Positions 13,501 to 27,160 of a stretch of DNA of 64,000 nt are shown in pieces. Position 1 is the stretch's first letter. Each line of letters starts with the position of its first letter. A model generated the notes under the pieces. It saw only the letters and a program-made list of their open reading frames with translations, searched no databases and had not been told where the DNA came from. The stretch is from assembly GCF_030144855.1 (NCBI RefSeq), contig NC_082709.1:159216001-159280000 (forward strand). Reading direction: 5' to 3'. This stretch comes from Hypanus sabinus (Eukaryota). The position numbers and the translations under genes were made by a program.

Positions 13501-16500
13501 ATATACACTTTTGTCTCTATTTTACATTTTATATTTCTGATGAAACTTTTGGTATCCCCTTCAATATTATTGACTAGCTTACTTTCATATTCCATCTTTG
13601 CCTTAATGGCTTTTTTAGTTGCCTTCTGTTGCTGTTTAAAAGCTTCCCAATCCTCTAACTTCCAAGATCTATGTATTGGATATACAACAGCCTTCTTGGA
13701 TAGACATTTCAAAAACTTCACTTCCTCTTCTCATCTCTGTCCTGAGTAGTCAATCCTTTGTTATTGAGATTGACAATGGAAATGTGTCTCCCTTTTTACA
13801 TCTCATTTAAAAAAAACTTTTAATGAGAACACCCCTTGTTCCTCAGTACTCCAGAGAAGATGCCTACTGTAGATAATAGAGTGCCTTCATACAATGCTAT
13901 CGATGATAGCATCCTCCATCTGTCCTGCTGGATAGTCTCGGCCCAAAACGTCGACTGTACACTTTCCCCTAGATGTTGTCTGGCCTGCTGAGTTCCTCTA
14001 GCATTTTGTGTGTGTTGCTTGGATTTCCAGCATCTGCAGATTTTCTCTTGTTTGTATCCTCCAATTCTTCATTTTCATTGTAACATTCAAGGTAATTGTC
14101 GATGCCTTGAAATTGTTAATTGTTCCTAACTTGTTGAAGTAGTGTATTTGTTTCATTTTTATTCCTGGCTGTTTCTGGCATTTCTAGGCCTGAATGCTTG
14201 AAACCGCAGTTCTGAATTGCTAGTTTCTTCCCAACTGTTAGTGATAAAATCACTTTTTTTTTAATACAAACACACACAACTGATGCTGTTTAAAAACTTC
14301 TCACCAAGTATGACGTAGTGTCTAATGGCCACACAAGTACATATGACTGATACTAATTAGAGCCTGTTCGACAAGAGTATCCTGTCCCAAGTAGCAGCAT
14401 AGTGTCCCAAATAAACAGAGAGTAAATATGGAAACTTAGGTAAATATTGTTGTAAAAAATGTCTAACCTGAAAATATTGCAAAAAATGTGTATGAGTGAG
14501 AGAACATTTGTTAATTAACTCCTCAAAAGTCATCAATCGACGATCACAAAATAAATCTGTAAAAGAATGAATTCCTTTATTTTTCCATATTCAAATTGTC
14601 TTGCAATAAGGATCAACATCTGATTTACCTTCCTGCTTGCGTGCTTCGTCTGCACGTTAACAGTGATCTGTGTATGTCTCAGATCAACATTGAGTCTTTT
14701 TTTAACATTTGGATACTTAACCTAATACAGTTGATTTAGATATCAATGAATTGATGATTTTAGGACTGTTCAAGAATTTTCATTCACTTTTTTGGAGTAT
14801 TGTTTGATTACAAATCAGAGTCTTAAGATTTCCCAAATGACCGGTACAGTTTTTTAGTAGTTGCATTTTGTACCATTTTTATGCTACTGTTTCATAACAG
14901 AAGAACTCAGGCCCTTAGTATGCATAGAGTCAAAGCTAATTCACTAATTGGGATTGATTTCTTACAGGGCATGGCTACTTTTTCACTGAACTGTTGCTGC
15001 AGGAATTCAGTAAGAGATCAACATTTCACCTGAATCAGTCCATGTGCAGGATTTTGGCCTGAAACTTTGACAATTCTTCCTCTCTCAGATGGTGCTCAAC
15101 CCAGTAGATTATTTGTTGAATTACAATTAGAATTTAACAAAAAAATTTGAATACTCAATTCTTCCAACATAAAATTTATGAAAATGGCTTGACCATAACA
15201 TCTGTAAATAACATTGCTTAATGGAATTATATCTCTTTACAGAGTGAGCCAGAAGAAATGCCCCCAGAAGCAAAAATGCGCATGAAGAATATGGGAAGGT
15301 AGGTAAGGTAATTGATGGCTGCAGTCTAAAATGTTTGCACAATCGCCTACCAATGTCTTTGTATCAGCATGTATCAACATCTACACTAATGTTTCCCTGG
15401 AAGCAGTCAACTTAGAAACATTGCATCTACCAAACATCCTTCTTTTGCAGACCTTTGGGGTTGAGAATAGTATGTTCCCACTCCGCAAGCAGAGGTAAAA
15501 AATGCTCATGACTGAATTTGCTTTAGTGTGGTGTCAAGAGCAAGGAATCGATTTCAGAGATGCGGGGTTAGCCTATGAGGAGAGATTGGTTACCTCAGAC
15601 TGTACTTGCTAGAACTCAGAGGAATGGAAGGGGAATTTATAGAACCAAAAAATTATTAAAGAAAGGACTAGATGCGATCAAGGCAAGGAAGTTGTTTGCA
15701 CTGGTAGGTGAGGCTAGAACTAGGGGACATCACTTGAAGATATTGGGGAGTAGATTTAAGATGGAACTTCTTTTCCCAGAGAGTGGCGAATCTGTGGAAT
15801 ACTCTGCCCTACCTCATTAGGTATATTTAAGACAGATTAATTTTTGCATAGTAGGGGAATTAAGGTTCTGGAGAAGGGGTAGATAAGTGAAGCTGAGTCC
15901 ACAGCCAGATAAGGCATGTAACAATAGAGCAGGCTCAATGGGCCAAATGGCTTACTCCTGCTTCTATTTTTTATGTTCGTATGTTCAGTGTTGAGGGGGT
16001 TCCCAAATGATTGTAGACAGGGCTCTGCTGTTCAAGCTTGATGGTGAGCAGATATCCCTTTCTAATGTCTTCCTTCAGTGCGTTCCTGCGCCACATTCCC
16101 TACTGTTTCCTTTTCTCTAATTGCCTTTCAGCTTCTTTCTTCTGACCCCTTTCTTCCCTAATCTTTTCTAAACCAGCCTATGCCTATTTTTTAACATCTT
16201 GCTTCTCCTTGTCTTGAAGACTGAGACCATACTCCAGCTGCTACTGTTTCCCATTTTCAGGGCTTCACTGCCGGTTTCTGATCCCTCCACCCTCCCAGGT
16301 CCCAGCAGCTGCACCGCCTGCAGTGTTACTCGGAACTCTCAGTTCTCTCAAAAAAAAAACTCAATTCTTCAACTGTCTGCTCTATGAAAACTACCTGCCT
16401 TTTATATGTAATTGTAGTTTCCTGGTGCTCTCGGAATAGATTATTTCCCAGGTGATGGAGGGAGACTGCATCACTGAGCATATAAAATGACTCATAGCTC

Positions 16501-19500
16501 ACAAGGTTTCTTGTTTCTTGTGCCCGTCTCCCACATCTCATGTAAACCTGGGGTCCCACAATGTCGTATTTGGGTCATAATTGTGGAATATGAAGTGAAT
16601 AATAAGTGGGCATGCCAAATGACATCTGATACACAACATGGTTACTATCATCCATACTGTTGCAAACCCTATACATCCTTCATTTCCTTCATCCTAAACT
16701 TGGCTTAAAGATTTTTTTAAAACTATGAGATTTGTACATAAATCAAACCTTCAGAATGTTCCTCCCTCAAATAAATAACAACCTACCAAAGCATTTTAGC
16801 TGTAATCATAAAAGCAAATAATGTCTCTCAAATTCTCACTTAGAATGCTATTTTGCCTGTCCTAATCTGATCCAGACCAGTTCTGAAACTACTCCAGTTC
16901 CCATTCAGCTCCACTGTCATCTGGAGTCCTTGTAAATCTATTTTAGTCAAGTTCTATAATTATTCTACATGTCCATTCCACTCAGCAATTCAGGGTTCAC
17001 ATTTTAGATTCAGATTCAGATTCAGTTTATTGTCATTTAGAAACCACAAATGCAATGCAGTTAAAAAATGAGACAACATTTCCCCCAAAATGATATCACA
17101 AAAGTATATGACACAAAACAGACTACACCAGAAAATCCACGTAACGTTTGGCAATCCCCAATCCAGAGTACAGAGAGGTTGCTGCGTATTAATATCGCGC
17201 TACCGTCTAGCGCGTTCCTTGGAAAGGAGCTCCAAATCCATCAGACAAAAACAAGACCAAAAACTACAAGAACTGCACAAAACCACATAGTTACAACAGT
17301 GCAAACAATACCATAATTGATAAAAAAAAACAGACTATGGGCACAGTAAAAATAGCCCAAGATGTTAAAGGACTGTAAGTTCAAAAGAAATCACCACGGT
17401 TTCCACAAGTCCCCAGGGTCCCGACAGACTTGCCATCCCACGCCGGCAGCAGAAGGGAATACCCCCGCTATGGACTTCCAAGGTGCCGCCCGACTCAGCC
17501 TCGCAGACGCAACAATGGAAGCTCCGTCGAAACCAGCTTTGTAGACGCAGCACACACCGAAAGTGACCTGAGTCCGTTGAACCTCCGAGCCGACGACCAT
17601 CCCCTCCAGCACAGCTTCTCCGAGGACCATACTCTGCCGAGCGTATTGAGACGGCCATCAGCAACGCGACCCCGAGGACTGGGGGCCTGTTCTTCCCAGC
17701 AGAGTCCCGGACCTCACACCAGCAGCAGCAACGAAGAAGGTCTTCCTGGAATTTCCCGATGTTTCTCCATGCTTCCATGTCCGCTTTCAATCGATTATGA
17801 TTGCGCACGGCACCCCACTTCACAAATAACAGATAATAAGTTCCGGAGTCGCCGCTGCAAGCTGCGTCGCACTGCCATCTTGGATCTTGGATTTGTGCCC
17901 ACATTTTGAAATTTTGCCCCATGCAAACCTTGCGACTTGCTTCTTTTCCCTTTCCTCTTCTAGTCAAAATTCTAGAGATAGCTCAGCATAAACTTGGGTT
18001 GCTTCCATATTTCAGGCATTATTTGTATTAAGCCACTTAAAAAGTTGGAATTATTTACATTTAAATGTTAGAAATGTTGAAGACATCAGCAATTAAAGAA
18101 CAATAAAAGCATTTGGAATTGAAGATAGTAACTACCTATATTTGTGTATGAACCAGAATTACCATGTAACTTGCACAACCCTGCTTTACCTATTCACCAG
18201 TAGCTACCTTAGATCTATACTACAGAAGCCTCAGTTGTTATCTTAGCTGTGGTCCTGCAGTTTGAACACTCACAAGTACATATCCTTATAGTATAAAGAT
18301 ACGTACTCAGGCTGAGCAATGCTGAGCTCCCAGGGCAGTGAAAGTGTGGTATCAAGAGGGAGGGCAAGGGCTCATCCTACATTTTCCACACACCGGTAAT
18401 TCTGTTAGCCTTTTTCCTGTGCTCACGTCCTGAATAGGAAGGGGGATAACAATTTATTTTCTTTCTCTAGCCTGTTACTTGTCTTATTACTTCATAGCAT
18501 CTGCCTTGTATTGTAGAATTAGGAAGGATTAAATATTTTAAATTTATATCACTATGCATTTGATTTTTAGCATACAAGTTATTGTATGCTTCAACTAAAA
18601 TTGTGAATGGTGTTAAGTAATAACAGAATTCACTGTACTCATTATTAACACTTTTATTTTTTGCTTTGGTTAACAAGAATAAACTATTAAACCTGATGAG
18701 CCATTTAATTTTGAAAATAGATGCATTGCTGCTCTGTTAACCCATTCCTGTGTGTGCTTACCCTTTATTTTTAGTAAAGTACTTTTGAGAGAACTAATTG
18801 AAAATCAATTTAAAAAAAAAATGTCAGATGCCACAAATCCAAAGTAAAAATAACAAATGTTGGAAACTCTCAGCAGGCCAACTCTTTCTCATTTCCTAGA
18901 TAAGAACATAAGAAATAGGAGCAAGAGTAGGCCATCTGGCCCATCGAGCCTGCCCCGCCATTCAATAAGATCATGGCTGATCTGTCTGTAAACTCAGCTC
19001 CATCTACCTGCCTTTTCCCCATAACCCTTAATTCCCTTACTATGTAAAAACCTATCTAACTGTTTCTTAAATATATTTATTGAGGAAGCCTCAACTGCTT
19101 CTCTGGGCAGAGAATTCCATAGATTCACCACTCTCTGAGAAAAACAGTTTCTCGCCATCTCCGTCCTAAATCTTCTCCCGTGAATCTTGAGGCAATGTCC
19201 CCTAGTTCTAGTCTCAACTACGAATGGAAACAACTTTGCTACTTATATATTCTTATCTATCCCTTTCAAAAATTTTTAGGTTTCTATAAGATCCCCTCTC
19301 ATTCTTCTGAAGTCCAAAGAGTGTAGTCCCAGGCAACTCAATCTCTCCTCAAAAGTTAACCCCTTCATCCCTGGAATCAAACTGGTGAACCTCCTCTGCA
19401 TTGCCTCCAAAGCCAGTATATTCTTCCTCAAGTATGGAGACCAGAACTGCACACTGTAATCCAGGTGTGGCCTTACCAGTACCCTGTATAGTTGCAGCTT

Positions 19501-22500
19501 GACCTCCCTGCTCTTGAATTCAATCCCTTTAGCAATGGAGGCTAACATTCCGTTTGCCTTCTTAAGAACCTATTGTATCTGCAAGCCATTGTGATTCATG
19601 AACAAGCACTCCCAAGTCCCTCTGTACAACAACATGTTGCAATCTTTCATCATTTAAATAATAATCTGCTCTTCAATTATTCCTTCCAAAGTGGATGATC
19701 TTGCATTTACCAACATTGTATTCCATCTGCCAGACCTTGGCCCACTCAACCTATCTATATCCCTCTGCAGACTCTCCACATCCTCTGTACAATTTGCTTT
19801 TCCACTCAGTTTAGTGTCATCAGCAAATTTTGCTGTGCTACATTCAGTCCCCTCTTCCAAATCATCAGTGTAAATGATAAACAGCTGCGGGCTCAGCACC
19901 GACCCCTGCAGTACCCCACTCACCACCAACTGCCAACTGGAGAAACACCCATTTATACCAACACTCTGCCTTCTATTGGTGAACCAATCCACTATCCATG
20001 CCAATACACTCCATGCATCCGTATCTTATTTATAAGTCTCTAGTCGGCACCTTATCGAATGCCTTCTGGAAATCCAAGTATATGATAACCACTTATTCCC
20101 CTCTATCCACTGCACTCATTATGTCATCAAAGAACTCCAGTAAGTTTGTCAAACAGGAGCTGCCCTTTCTGAATCCATGCTGCTTCTGTCTAATGCAGGG
20201 GTCGGCAACCTTTACCACTGAAAGAGCCATATGGACCCGTTTCCCACAGAAAAGAAAACACTGGGAGCCACAAAACCCATTTGACATTTAAAATGAAATA
20301 ACACTGCATACAACATTTTTTTTTTGCCTTTATGCTATGTACAAACAAACTATAATGTGTTGCATTTATGAAATCGATGAACTCCTGCAGAGAAAACGAA
20401 ATTACATTTCTGCATGCAACAAAAACATTTTGAACTCCAAAAAAAAGACGTTGGGTTGAAGGTTACTTTTAAGTAAAATACTCAATGTCTATTTGAGTCC
20501 TTCTTGTATTTATGAAAAACGCTGAACTTAAATTGTCTGCCAGCAGCAAACCAAAAATAACGTCAGCCAGCTGTCAACCTGAAAAATAAAAGGACTATTT
20601 CACTGAACCATGAAAAATATGAATATATGTAAAATAATAGGCAATTAAAATATTTATCATACGGTTAATGGGATTTCTGCTCCTGGACCTCAGCGCACAG
20701 CGTCTGCACATTAGGGCTGTATGACGTCACCTTCATCTTTACACAGGATCGCAAGCTGTCATCTGTGAGGCGTGCGCGATGTTTGTTTTTAATAAAGTTC
20801 ATGTTGGAGAACACCTGCTCACATACATATGTGGATCCAAAGATCGACAGGACTCCAAGCGCATACCTTTTAATGTTTACATAAATGTCGGGGATAGCAT
20901 TCCATGTTTCGAACACAAGTTTGTCCGGTTTGGGGAGGTTTCCAATATCACTCCATTTGTGATTCTGAGCAAGAACGGCCTACTGACGGGCAACATCTTC
21001 AAGGTCTGCTGTCAAGCGTCTAAACTTGGACATCCCATATGTCTTTGGCCATGTCAGCCAGTTCCATCTCAAGATCAGGTTGACTCACACCTGCCAATGC
21101 AGTCGTATTCAGTAGGGATGGATCGATGCTTAGGGGAGTGGCGGGTGTCAGGCATTGGCAGTGGTGACGTATATTAATAACGATAAAAAAACACGTAGTG
21201 GTGTGCTACACGCAGCGCTAAAATAACGACACGGAGTCGGTAAACTGCAGTCAAAGATAACTTTATTCGAACTAAACAGCCTTGCTTTTAAGCCTCCCTC
21301 AAACCCCCCCCCCCCCGTGGGCGCGGATGCTCCAAAAGACACATACTCATACTAGGCTATCTCCCTTAGCCGGAATGCTGGCTAATTGTGAGCCGGTTCG
21401 GATATGCCAGGAAATGGGTCGCCACAACGTTTTATTTAGATTGTACAAGATCACCATAGTCTTCAAATTTAGAATTACATTTCAAAAACTAACAAACTAA
21501 CATAAAATACATTTTAATTAAATACTCATCATTTATTTTCCAAAGCCACAGGGAGTCGCAGCATAGAGATGAAAGAGCGCATGTGGCTCCGGAGCCACGG
21601 GTTGCCGACCCCTGGTCTAATGGAACCACTCCTTTTTGAATGTTTTACTATTTCTTCCTTAATGACAGCTTCAAACATTTTCCCGACTACAGACGTTAAG
21701 CTAACTTGCCTATAGTTGCCCGTCTTTTGCATACATTTTTTAAAAGGTGGCATGACATTTGCTGTCTTCCAATCTGCCGGAACCTGCCCAGAGTCTAGAG
21801 AGTTCTGATAAGTGATTACCAATGCATCTACTATAACCTCCACCAATTCCTTCAGCACCCTGGGATGCATCCCATCAGGACCAGGGGACTTATCTACCTT
21901 GAGGCCCTCCTGTTGCTCATCACTATCTCCTTAGTGATAGTGATTTCATTGAGGTTCTCACCTCCCATTTTGTCCATAACAATCTTCTTTGGCATATTAG
22001 ATGTGTCCTCCACCGTGAAGACTGATACAAAATAGTCGTTCAATGCCTTAGCCATTTCCTTATCACCCAATTTCAATTTCCCCTTCTCGTCTTTAAAGGG
22101 ACCTACGTTGATTTTAGCCACCCTCTTCCACTTTATATATTTATATTTATAAAAGATGCTGCCTGGTTTGCAGTGTTTCCAGAATTTTCTGTTAAGTTCT
22201 AATAAATTTTTAGATTGAATTATTGACTTCTTTCTTTGTCATTATACATATATCATTCACTGGAATCCTATCATAACTATATGATCAAATTTAATGATCC
22301 GTGTTCACAAATATTATCTCAAATATAATGAGAACTGCAGAAGATAATATGCTTAAATACAGGGACTATTGCTAAAGTTCTGCATTCTCATTCCTGCCAT
22401 TTAGAATGACAAAGAAATAGATTTACAGAAATTTAAGTATTTTCTGGATTATGTGAGACATAGTTTTGGAAAGGACAGAGGGAATACAGAAACTTTCAGG

Positions 22501-23021
22501 TTAAAGGTGAAAGAAGATGCATTTAACACAGATACGACAGTTGGTATGAATATGGTGGGCCGTAAGGGCCTGTTTCTCTGAATCCAAAGAGCAAATTTTT
22601 AAAAAAATTACTTTTTTCTGGAAAAATATGATGCAAACATTAAGCTAAATATTTGAGAGCATGAAAATTCCAATTGTATTGAACTTAGCTACTCTTTTAG
22701 CACCAATAACTTCCAACAATATGTAACAAAACTAAGTTTCAAGGCTGTTGAGTACAAATTACAGTTCTTGCATGTTTTTATATGTTGAGGATCATGTTAA
22801 ATGATTTAAATTGGGAAATTTAGCAAACATGTTTTTAATTTTTCCATGAAAATCAACTAAGTTGTGTCTTTTGGTGATTTGTATCCTCTCTCTGCAGGGA
22901 AACACCAACATCAGCAGGACCAAATTCTTTCAACAAAGGAAAACAAGGATTTTCTGATAACCAGAGGTTATGGGAACGGAAAATGAAGAGTCAGCTGCGA
23001 AATTTTGCAGATGATGACTAA
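4486..23021 (+). CDS. PCNP: PEST proteolytic signal-containing nuclear protein; join(4486..4531,8791..9029,11597..11671,15243..15298,22898..23021), 179 aa
   Basis: Spliced translation [34 protein letters not shown]...[12 protein letters not shown]...[52 protein letters not shown]...DDD*. All introns are GT-AG with consistent phases (1,0,0,2); total 540 nt. Confidence 0.97.
8791..9029 (+). CDS. PCNP: PCNP coding exon 2
   Basis: ccag|GACCAGAAGAG...GCAAAT|gtaagt; encodes [18 protein letters not shown]...ISIKLGAN. Confidence 0.97.
9141..9966. mobile_element. Non-autonomous PIF/Harbinger-type DNA transposon (826 bp) in PCNP intron 2
   Basis: TIRs GGCTACGTCCACAC / GTGTGGATGTAGCC; 3-bp TSD TGA at 9138-9140 and 9967-9969; subterminal GTGTGGAC repeats; CpG-rich ends. 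Confidence 0.85.
11597..11671 (+). CDS. PCNP: PCNP coding exon 3
   Basis: gtag|AAACCA...GATGAT|gtaagt; encodes [25 protein letters not shown]. Confidence 0.96.
11820..13670 (-). mobile_element. CR1-type LINE, 5'-truncated and degraded
   Basis: RT motifs [12 protein letters not shown] and KFADD; linker [14 protein letters not shown]; C-terminus [16 protein letters not shown]; typical 3' UTR. Confidence 0.92.
13935..14055 (+). mobile_element. PLE pseudo-LTR fragment with partial hammerhead motif
   Basis: GTCTCGGCCCAAAACGTCGAC...CCAGCATCTGCAGATTTTCTC; homologous to 32619-32747. Confidence 0.8.
15243..15298 (+). CDS. PCNP: PCNP coding exon 4
   Basis: ttacag|AGTGAG...GGAAG|gtaggt; encodes [18 protein letters not shown](R). 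Confidence 0.97.
15550..15986 (+). mobile_element. CR1 LINE 3' end fragment
   Basis: Encodes [11 protein letters not shown]; 3' UTR ends TTATGTTCGTATGTT. Confidence 0.8.
17006..17899 (-). mobile_element. Young non-autonomous retroelement (Rex/RTE-like ends, no RT), 894 bp
   Basis: Minus-strand 3' end has AATAAA followed by a (CTGAAT)n tail. GC/CpG-rich 5' half starts CCAAGATGGC. 8-bp TSD CACATTTT at 16998-17005 and 17900-17907. Confidence 0.7.
18899..22140 (-). mobile_element. CR1-type LINE interrupted by a hAT transposon
   Basis: Successive ORF2 fragments [67 protein letters not shown]; 3' tail (TTCTTATG)n. Confidence 0.93.
20196..21614 (-). mobile_element. hAT (Buster/Charlie group) internally deleted transposon, 1419 bp
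   Basis: Perfect 15-bp TIRs CAGGGGTCGGCAACC. Perfect 8-bp TSD GTCTAATG at 20188-20195 and 21615-21622. ORF 20665..20916 is a hAT C-terminal dimerisation domain ([30 protein letters not shown]). Confidence 0.95.
22898..23021 (+). CDS. PCNP: PCNP coding exon 5 (terminal)
   Basis: tgcag|GGAAACA...GACTAA; encodes [40 protein letters not shown]. Confidence 0.97.
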
Positions 23022-26000
23022 AATGACCAGAGTTGAATGCGATGGGGGATATGGAATAGAAATTTAGGGATTAACATATGTTTAAAATCCCCCAGATTGC
23101 TTTGGAATGGAAACCATTCAATGATGGGTGTATAATGTATACTTAAAGACTTTCTCACTATAAATTGTAATGAGTGCAATGTGTTTAGTAAACATTGATA
23201 CAAGTGGCAGAATACTTCAACATAATTTGACACTTAGATCTTGTCATATTTCAAAGCTACCACTGATATTTTTAGTGATGCGGTGTGCTGTTTGATTTGG
23301 AGTGCTATAAATTAACATCTGTTCCTATTAGTACCTAAAAGGAAGAGTTTAATTTTCACATTTGAAAAGTTCATGGTCATTAATTGCCTAGCTGCAGAGA
23401 ATAGTTTTATGCTTCATATTGGGGAGGGGTATTTTTGTGTTGAGCACATTTTAAATTGTGCAAGTACTTTAAAAAAACTACCCGTAAAGTGTTTATATTT
23501 CCCAGTGCAACATTATTCCCCAGCAAAAGGATTGGCTACTGATACAGTCCCAAGTTGTGTGTACACCTCGTGGGAATAGTTTAACTTTGCCTTGTGATGT
23601 GAAACATGAAATCACCAAGTATTGGAATGACAAGAAAATGTGCGGATTTGTTCTAACACGCACCAAATCCAAATTATTTTCAGTAGAAGTCATCCTTCAC
23701 AATACATATATAAATTAGCATGTGACTGACCTGTTAAAGAGTATGGTCATCATTCCAAATCTCATAAGAAATGTATTCATTGAAAGTAGTTACCAAGCAA
23801 TTGGATGTGCAGAAGGATTAGCAATTTTATGCCACACATTAAAAGTTAAAATAACTGATTGTGATTGTAACCACATGAATCAGTAAGCCTTAACCTTGCT
23901 GGATTTTTTTTACTCTCCTAGCCTCTGCATTCCAGAGTTTAGAATTAGTTCTGTTGAGCAACTGCAATAAATTGTAAATTTCAAAGCAGAATGGAGTTAC
24001 CGATCCAGTGTACTACAGGATATTCACCTCTTAACTCAAACTGATAAACGCTTAGAACACTCTGAGCTCTGGCTCTTAGCTAAGTCTTTTGCTGTATTCC
24101 GTTCTTTGGTATTATGTCAGGAATTCTCGTATCTTTAGACTCGCCATTTATAAAGCCTATCAAAGCTAATCACTAATTTGCTTCATTAATAGAATTCCTG
24201 TTTTCTTCCCTCCCAGCTTAGCTTTTACAGTTGTATAAATCTGGCAGAAATATGAATAATAACATTCAATGGAAAGTGCTTAAACCTAAATGCTGTTAAA
24301 TTGATTCAGTGCTTGTACATAAAGAAGTAGTTATTAATTTTCCAATCTTTGTCATTAGTCTGGGCCATTAGGACTTTAGCCGAGTTTTAAAAAAAAGCTT
24401 TCCATTTAATCTGCCTTCAGACTATTTTTGTTTGATTGACTTCAATGTTTAACATTGTAATTGGAGAATCATAGATGTCTCCCTTTACAACTGTATATTA
24501 GAGGCTATAGACACTTCCCGTTTCACACACTATGTCTAGGATTCTGTAAATATTAAATGTAGACAGCTTTATTCATGCAATAATCTTTCTTGTTAAAAAT
24601 AATCTTAGTGATTTATACCTGAAAATGATGCTGTAAATGGCTCAGTGTAAGAAATACTTTGCACAATGGGAGGTTCACTGTGATGTCCAAAATTGATATT
24701 GCTGAGAAAATTGCTTCTCTACATATAAAAGTAATCCAAGCTTAAGAAAGATTCTTAACCTTATTTCATTAATTTAAAAAGCACAGTTAGCTTAGTTTTC
24801 ATTGTCTCTGATCTCAGAAACCTAATAAAGATAACAAAGTTTTTGCTGTTGGCTCTGTAATTGATAGTATCGCCTAAGATAGAGACTGTGAACTCTTCAT
24901 TGCATTTTGGTAGATCAGAGGCAGTAGCTTGATAAATGTGATGGTGGCATTAAAATTTTTATAGTGTCATTGAATAATAAGGAAGAATCTTTTGCTGATT
25001 TCTTATCCTTCCCACAAAGTGTCTTTTGATGTGGCAAAATGGCATATAGGGAATATCCTAGGCGAGTGCGCTTTGCTCGCTGACCAAGCTGCCACCATTC
25101 AGCAGACTTGCATATGAAGTTGAGTTGTGGCAGAGTTCCAGAGACTTAGAAAGGCCATGCCTTTTTGCACAAATTATTTTGTGTTTTTTACCGGGGGGGG
25201 GGGGGGGGGAGAGAAATGAAATTAACAGGAGTAAAAATCAATCCTTTAGTGCAATTATTTGTGTTGCTCTGGGTGTTTCTTTAAATTGAGTAACTTAGTT
25301 ACACTTCTGTTAAATATCTTAAATTTATATTTTTTCAATTGAAAATGACAATTTCATTTTAAACAGAAGCTCTACATAGTTAATGTTCTACAGGTATCTG
25401 TTTTGGCTGATTTCAATGGATGACTCTCATGGACCCTTTATGTAGTTGACGTGTCAGTGTGAGGCCTAGAGACTGTTAGCTGTGAAGCACACCACAGTTC
25501 AGGAGTTCACTATTGAACCTTGTGCAAGACTTGAGAAAGGAAGTAGGAGTCTGCTACTTTTTTCCTTGTGAAAGAAAGTAAAACCTGACCATAGCATGAA
25601 TAACTATGAACTTCTTGCATATCTGGCTAAACCATTGTCGTAGATATAAAGGGAACACACAGGCAAGTATAACAATCACTCCCTGTAGAATGTCGAGGCT
25701 TGGATTAGGTAACCAAGCTCAACAAGGAGGGGGGAAAAATTGGGTGAGAAAGAACGGGGTTTTCTTATTTGGCACCTTTTAAAAGAAATCAATTAGTTTT
25801 GAAGCATTAAAAGTGGTAGAATATGCGGTTCTACTGCAATTTTTTATTTTGCTTTCACAGTGAGTTTGTGTCAAAAAAACTTTCTTATCCAGTCAAGCAC
25901 AAAAGCTGTTCAAAAAATTAAATGGCATTGCTCATTTGGATACAATCTTTTCAAATTGGTACATCTGGGCACAGGAACTTCATTGCTACAAAATACATTG

Positions 26001-27160
26001 ACTATACCTTTTATTGTTGATTGCTTACATTATTATTAGCAGTTTGAGCATGCTGCTTAAACAGTTGGAAAGCAGTTTTATATAAGAGACTGTAACCGAG
26101 AACTAAAAATGATGTTTGTGTAATTTATCCAACTTACTATGTATGTAGTGTTGAACCACTCATCCTTTGTCTGTGGTACTGTGCTGAGCATAGATTATTT
26201 CAGAGCTTTATCAAATCATAAGTTTGCCTCATAGACCACCTTGATTGATTTAGAATGATGGGAGAAGTGTGGTTGATATACTTTTGTCTTCCCTTGTTCT
26301 CCTGACCTGCCACTCTCTTTTAAACCTCAGCAGGCAATAGGTAAATAGACTAGAGGGTTTTTCTATCCTTTAATTACATTTCATTTTCAAATAACCTAAT
26401 TCAGAATTGTAACAAATATGGAAATCATTCTACGTACAAGGCATGTAATAGAAACTCTTCCTTTCACCGAAAGCAGGGGGAGTTTTAAAGTATCTCCCTA
26501 ATATACCTCTAAATTCTAAAAAGTGCTTATTTAAAAAGCATTCATGGTAAACAATATTCAAAAAATATTTTTGTACATTGTGATTCTTGATGATCACATT
26601 TTATTTTGTATAGTTTTTTCATTTTACTGTTAGTATGCAGAATATTTTAAACTTGGCTGCCAATGGTGATTGGAAACAATGGTAAATGAGCAACTTGTTG
26701 AACATGCTGTTTTGTTACAAATGGTCACAGCATGTTTAAAAATTATCCTTGCCTTGACACGTTAATCCCATTATTTGCCTTCAATTATTTCTTCTATCTC
26801 TAAAACAATATATAATTTTTTGATTATTGGGACAGTCAAAGTGGTGAAATGATTGCTAACATATCAAGACTGTCCTTTCTCCCTGTGGTAATTGTACTCT
26901 CCGATGGCCAAAATGAATTAACAATAAATCACAGGTGCAGGAGCAGACTATGTGCAGGATTTGAATTTTAAAGCTTGCTGTGTATTTTCAGATGTTAGAA
27001 TTGTTTTCCTTCATCTAAGTTTTGTGCTGTATATTAAAGAGAAGCTTTTTGTCTGTTTACACATGAGGTTCTTTTGTTAAGGAAATGTGATTTTTATTTG
27101 TCCTGAATATGTCAGATTTTGCAGGTTGGGCAGGGAAAATAAAATGCTTTCTGGATCAAT
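23022..27160 (+). other. Putative long PCNP 3' UTR with alternative poly(A) signals
   Basis: About 4.1 kb of AT-rich sequence with no recognisable TE. AATAAA at 23966, 24824 and 27138. Confidence 0.6.

Noticed and set aside
17365-17967. Overlapping 200-aa and 159-aa ORFs
   Set aside because: They lie in the GC-rich part of a TSD-flanked repeat and show no recognisable domain.
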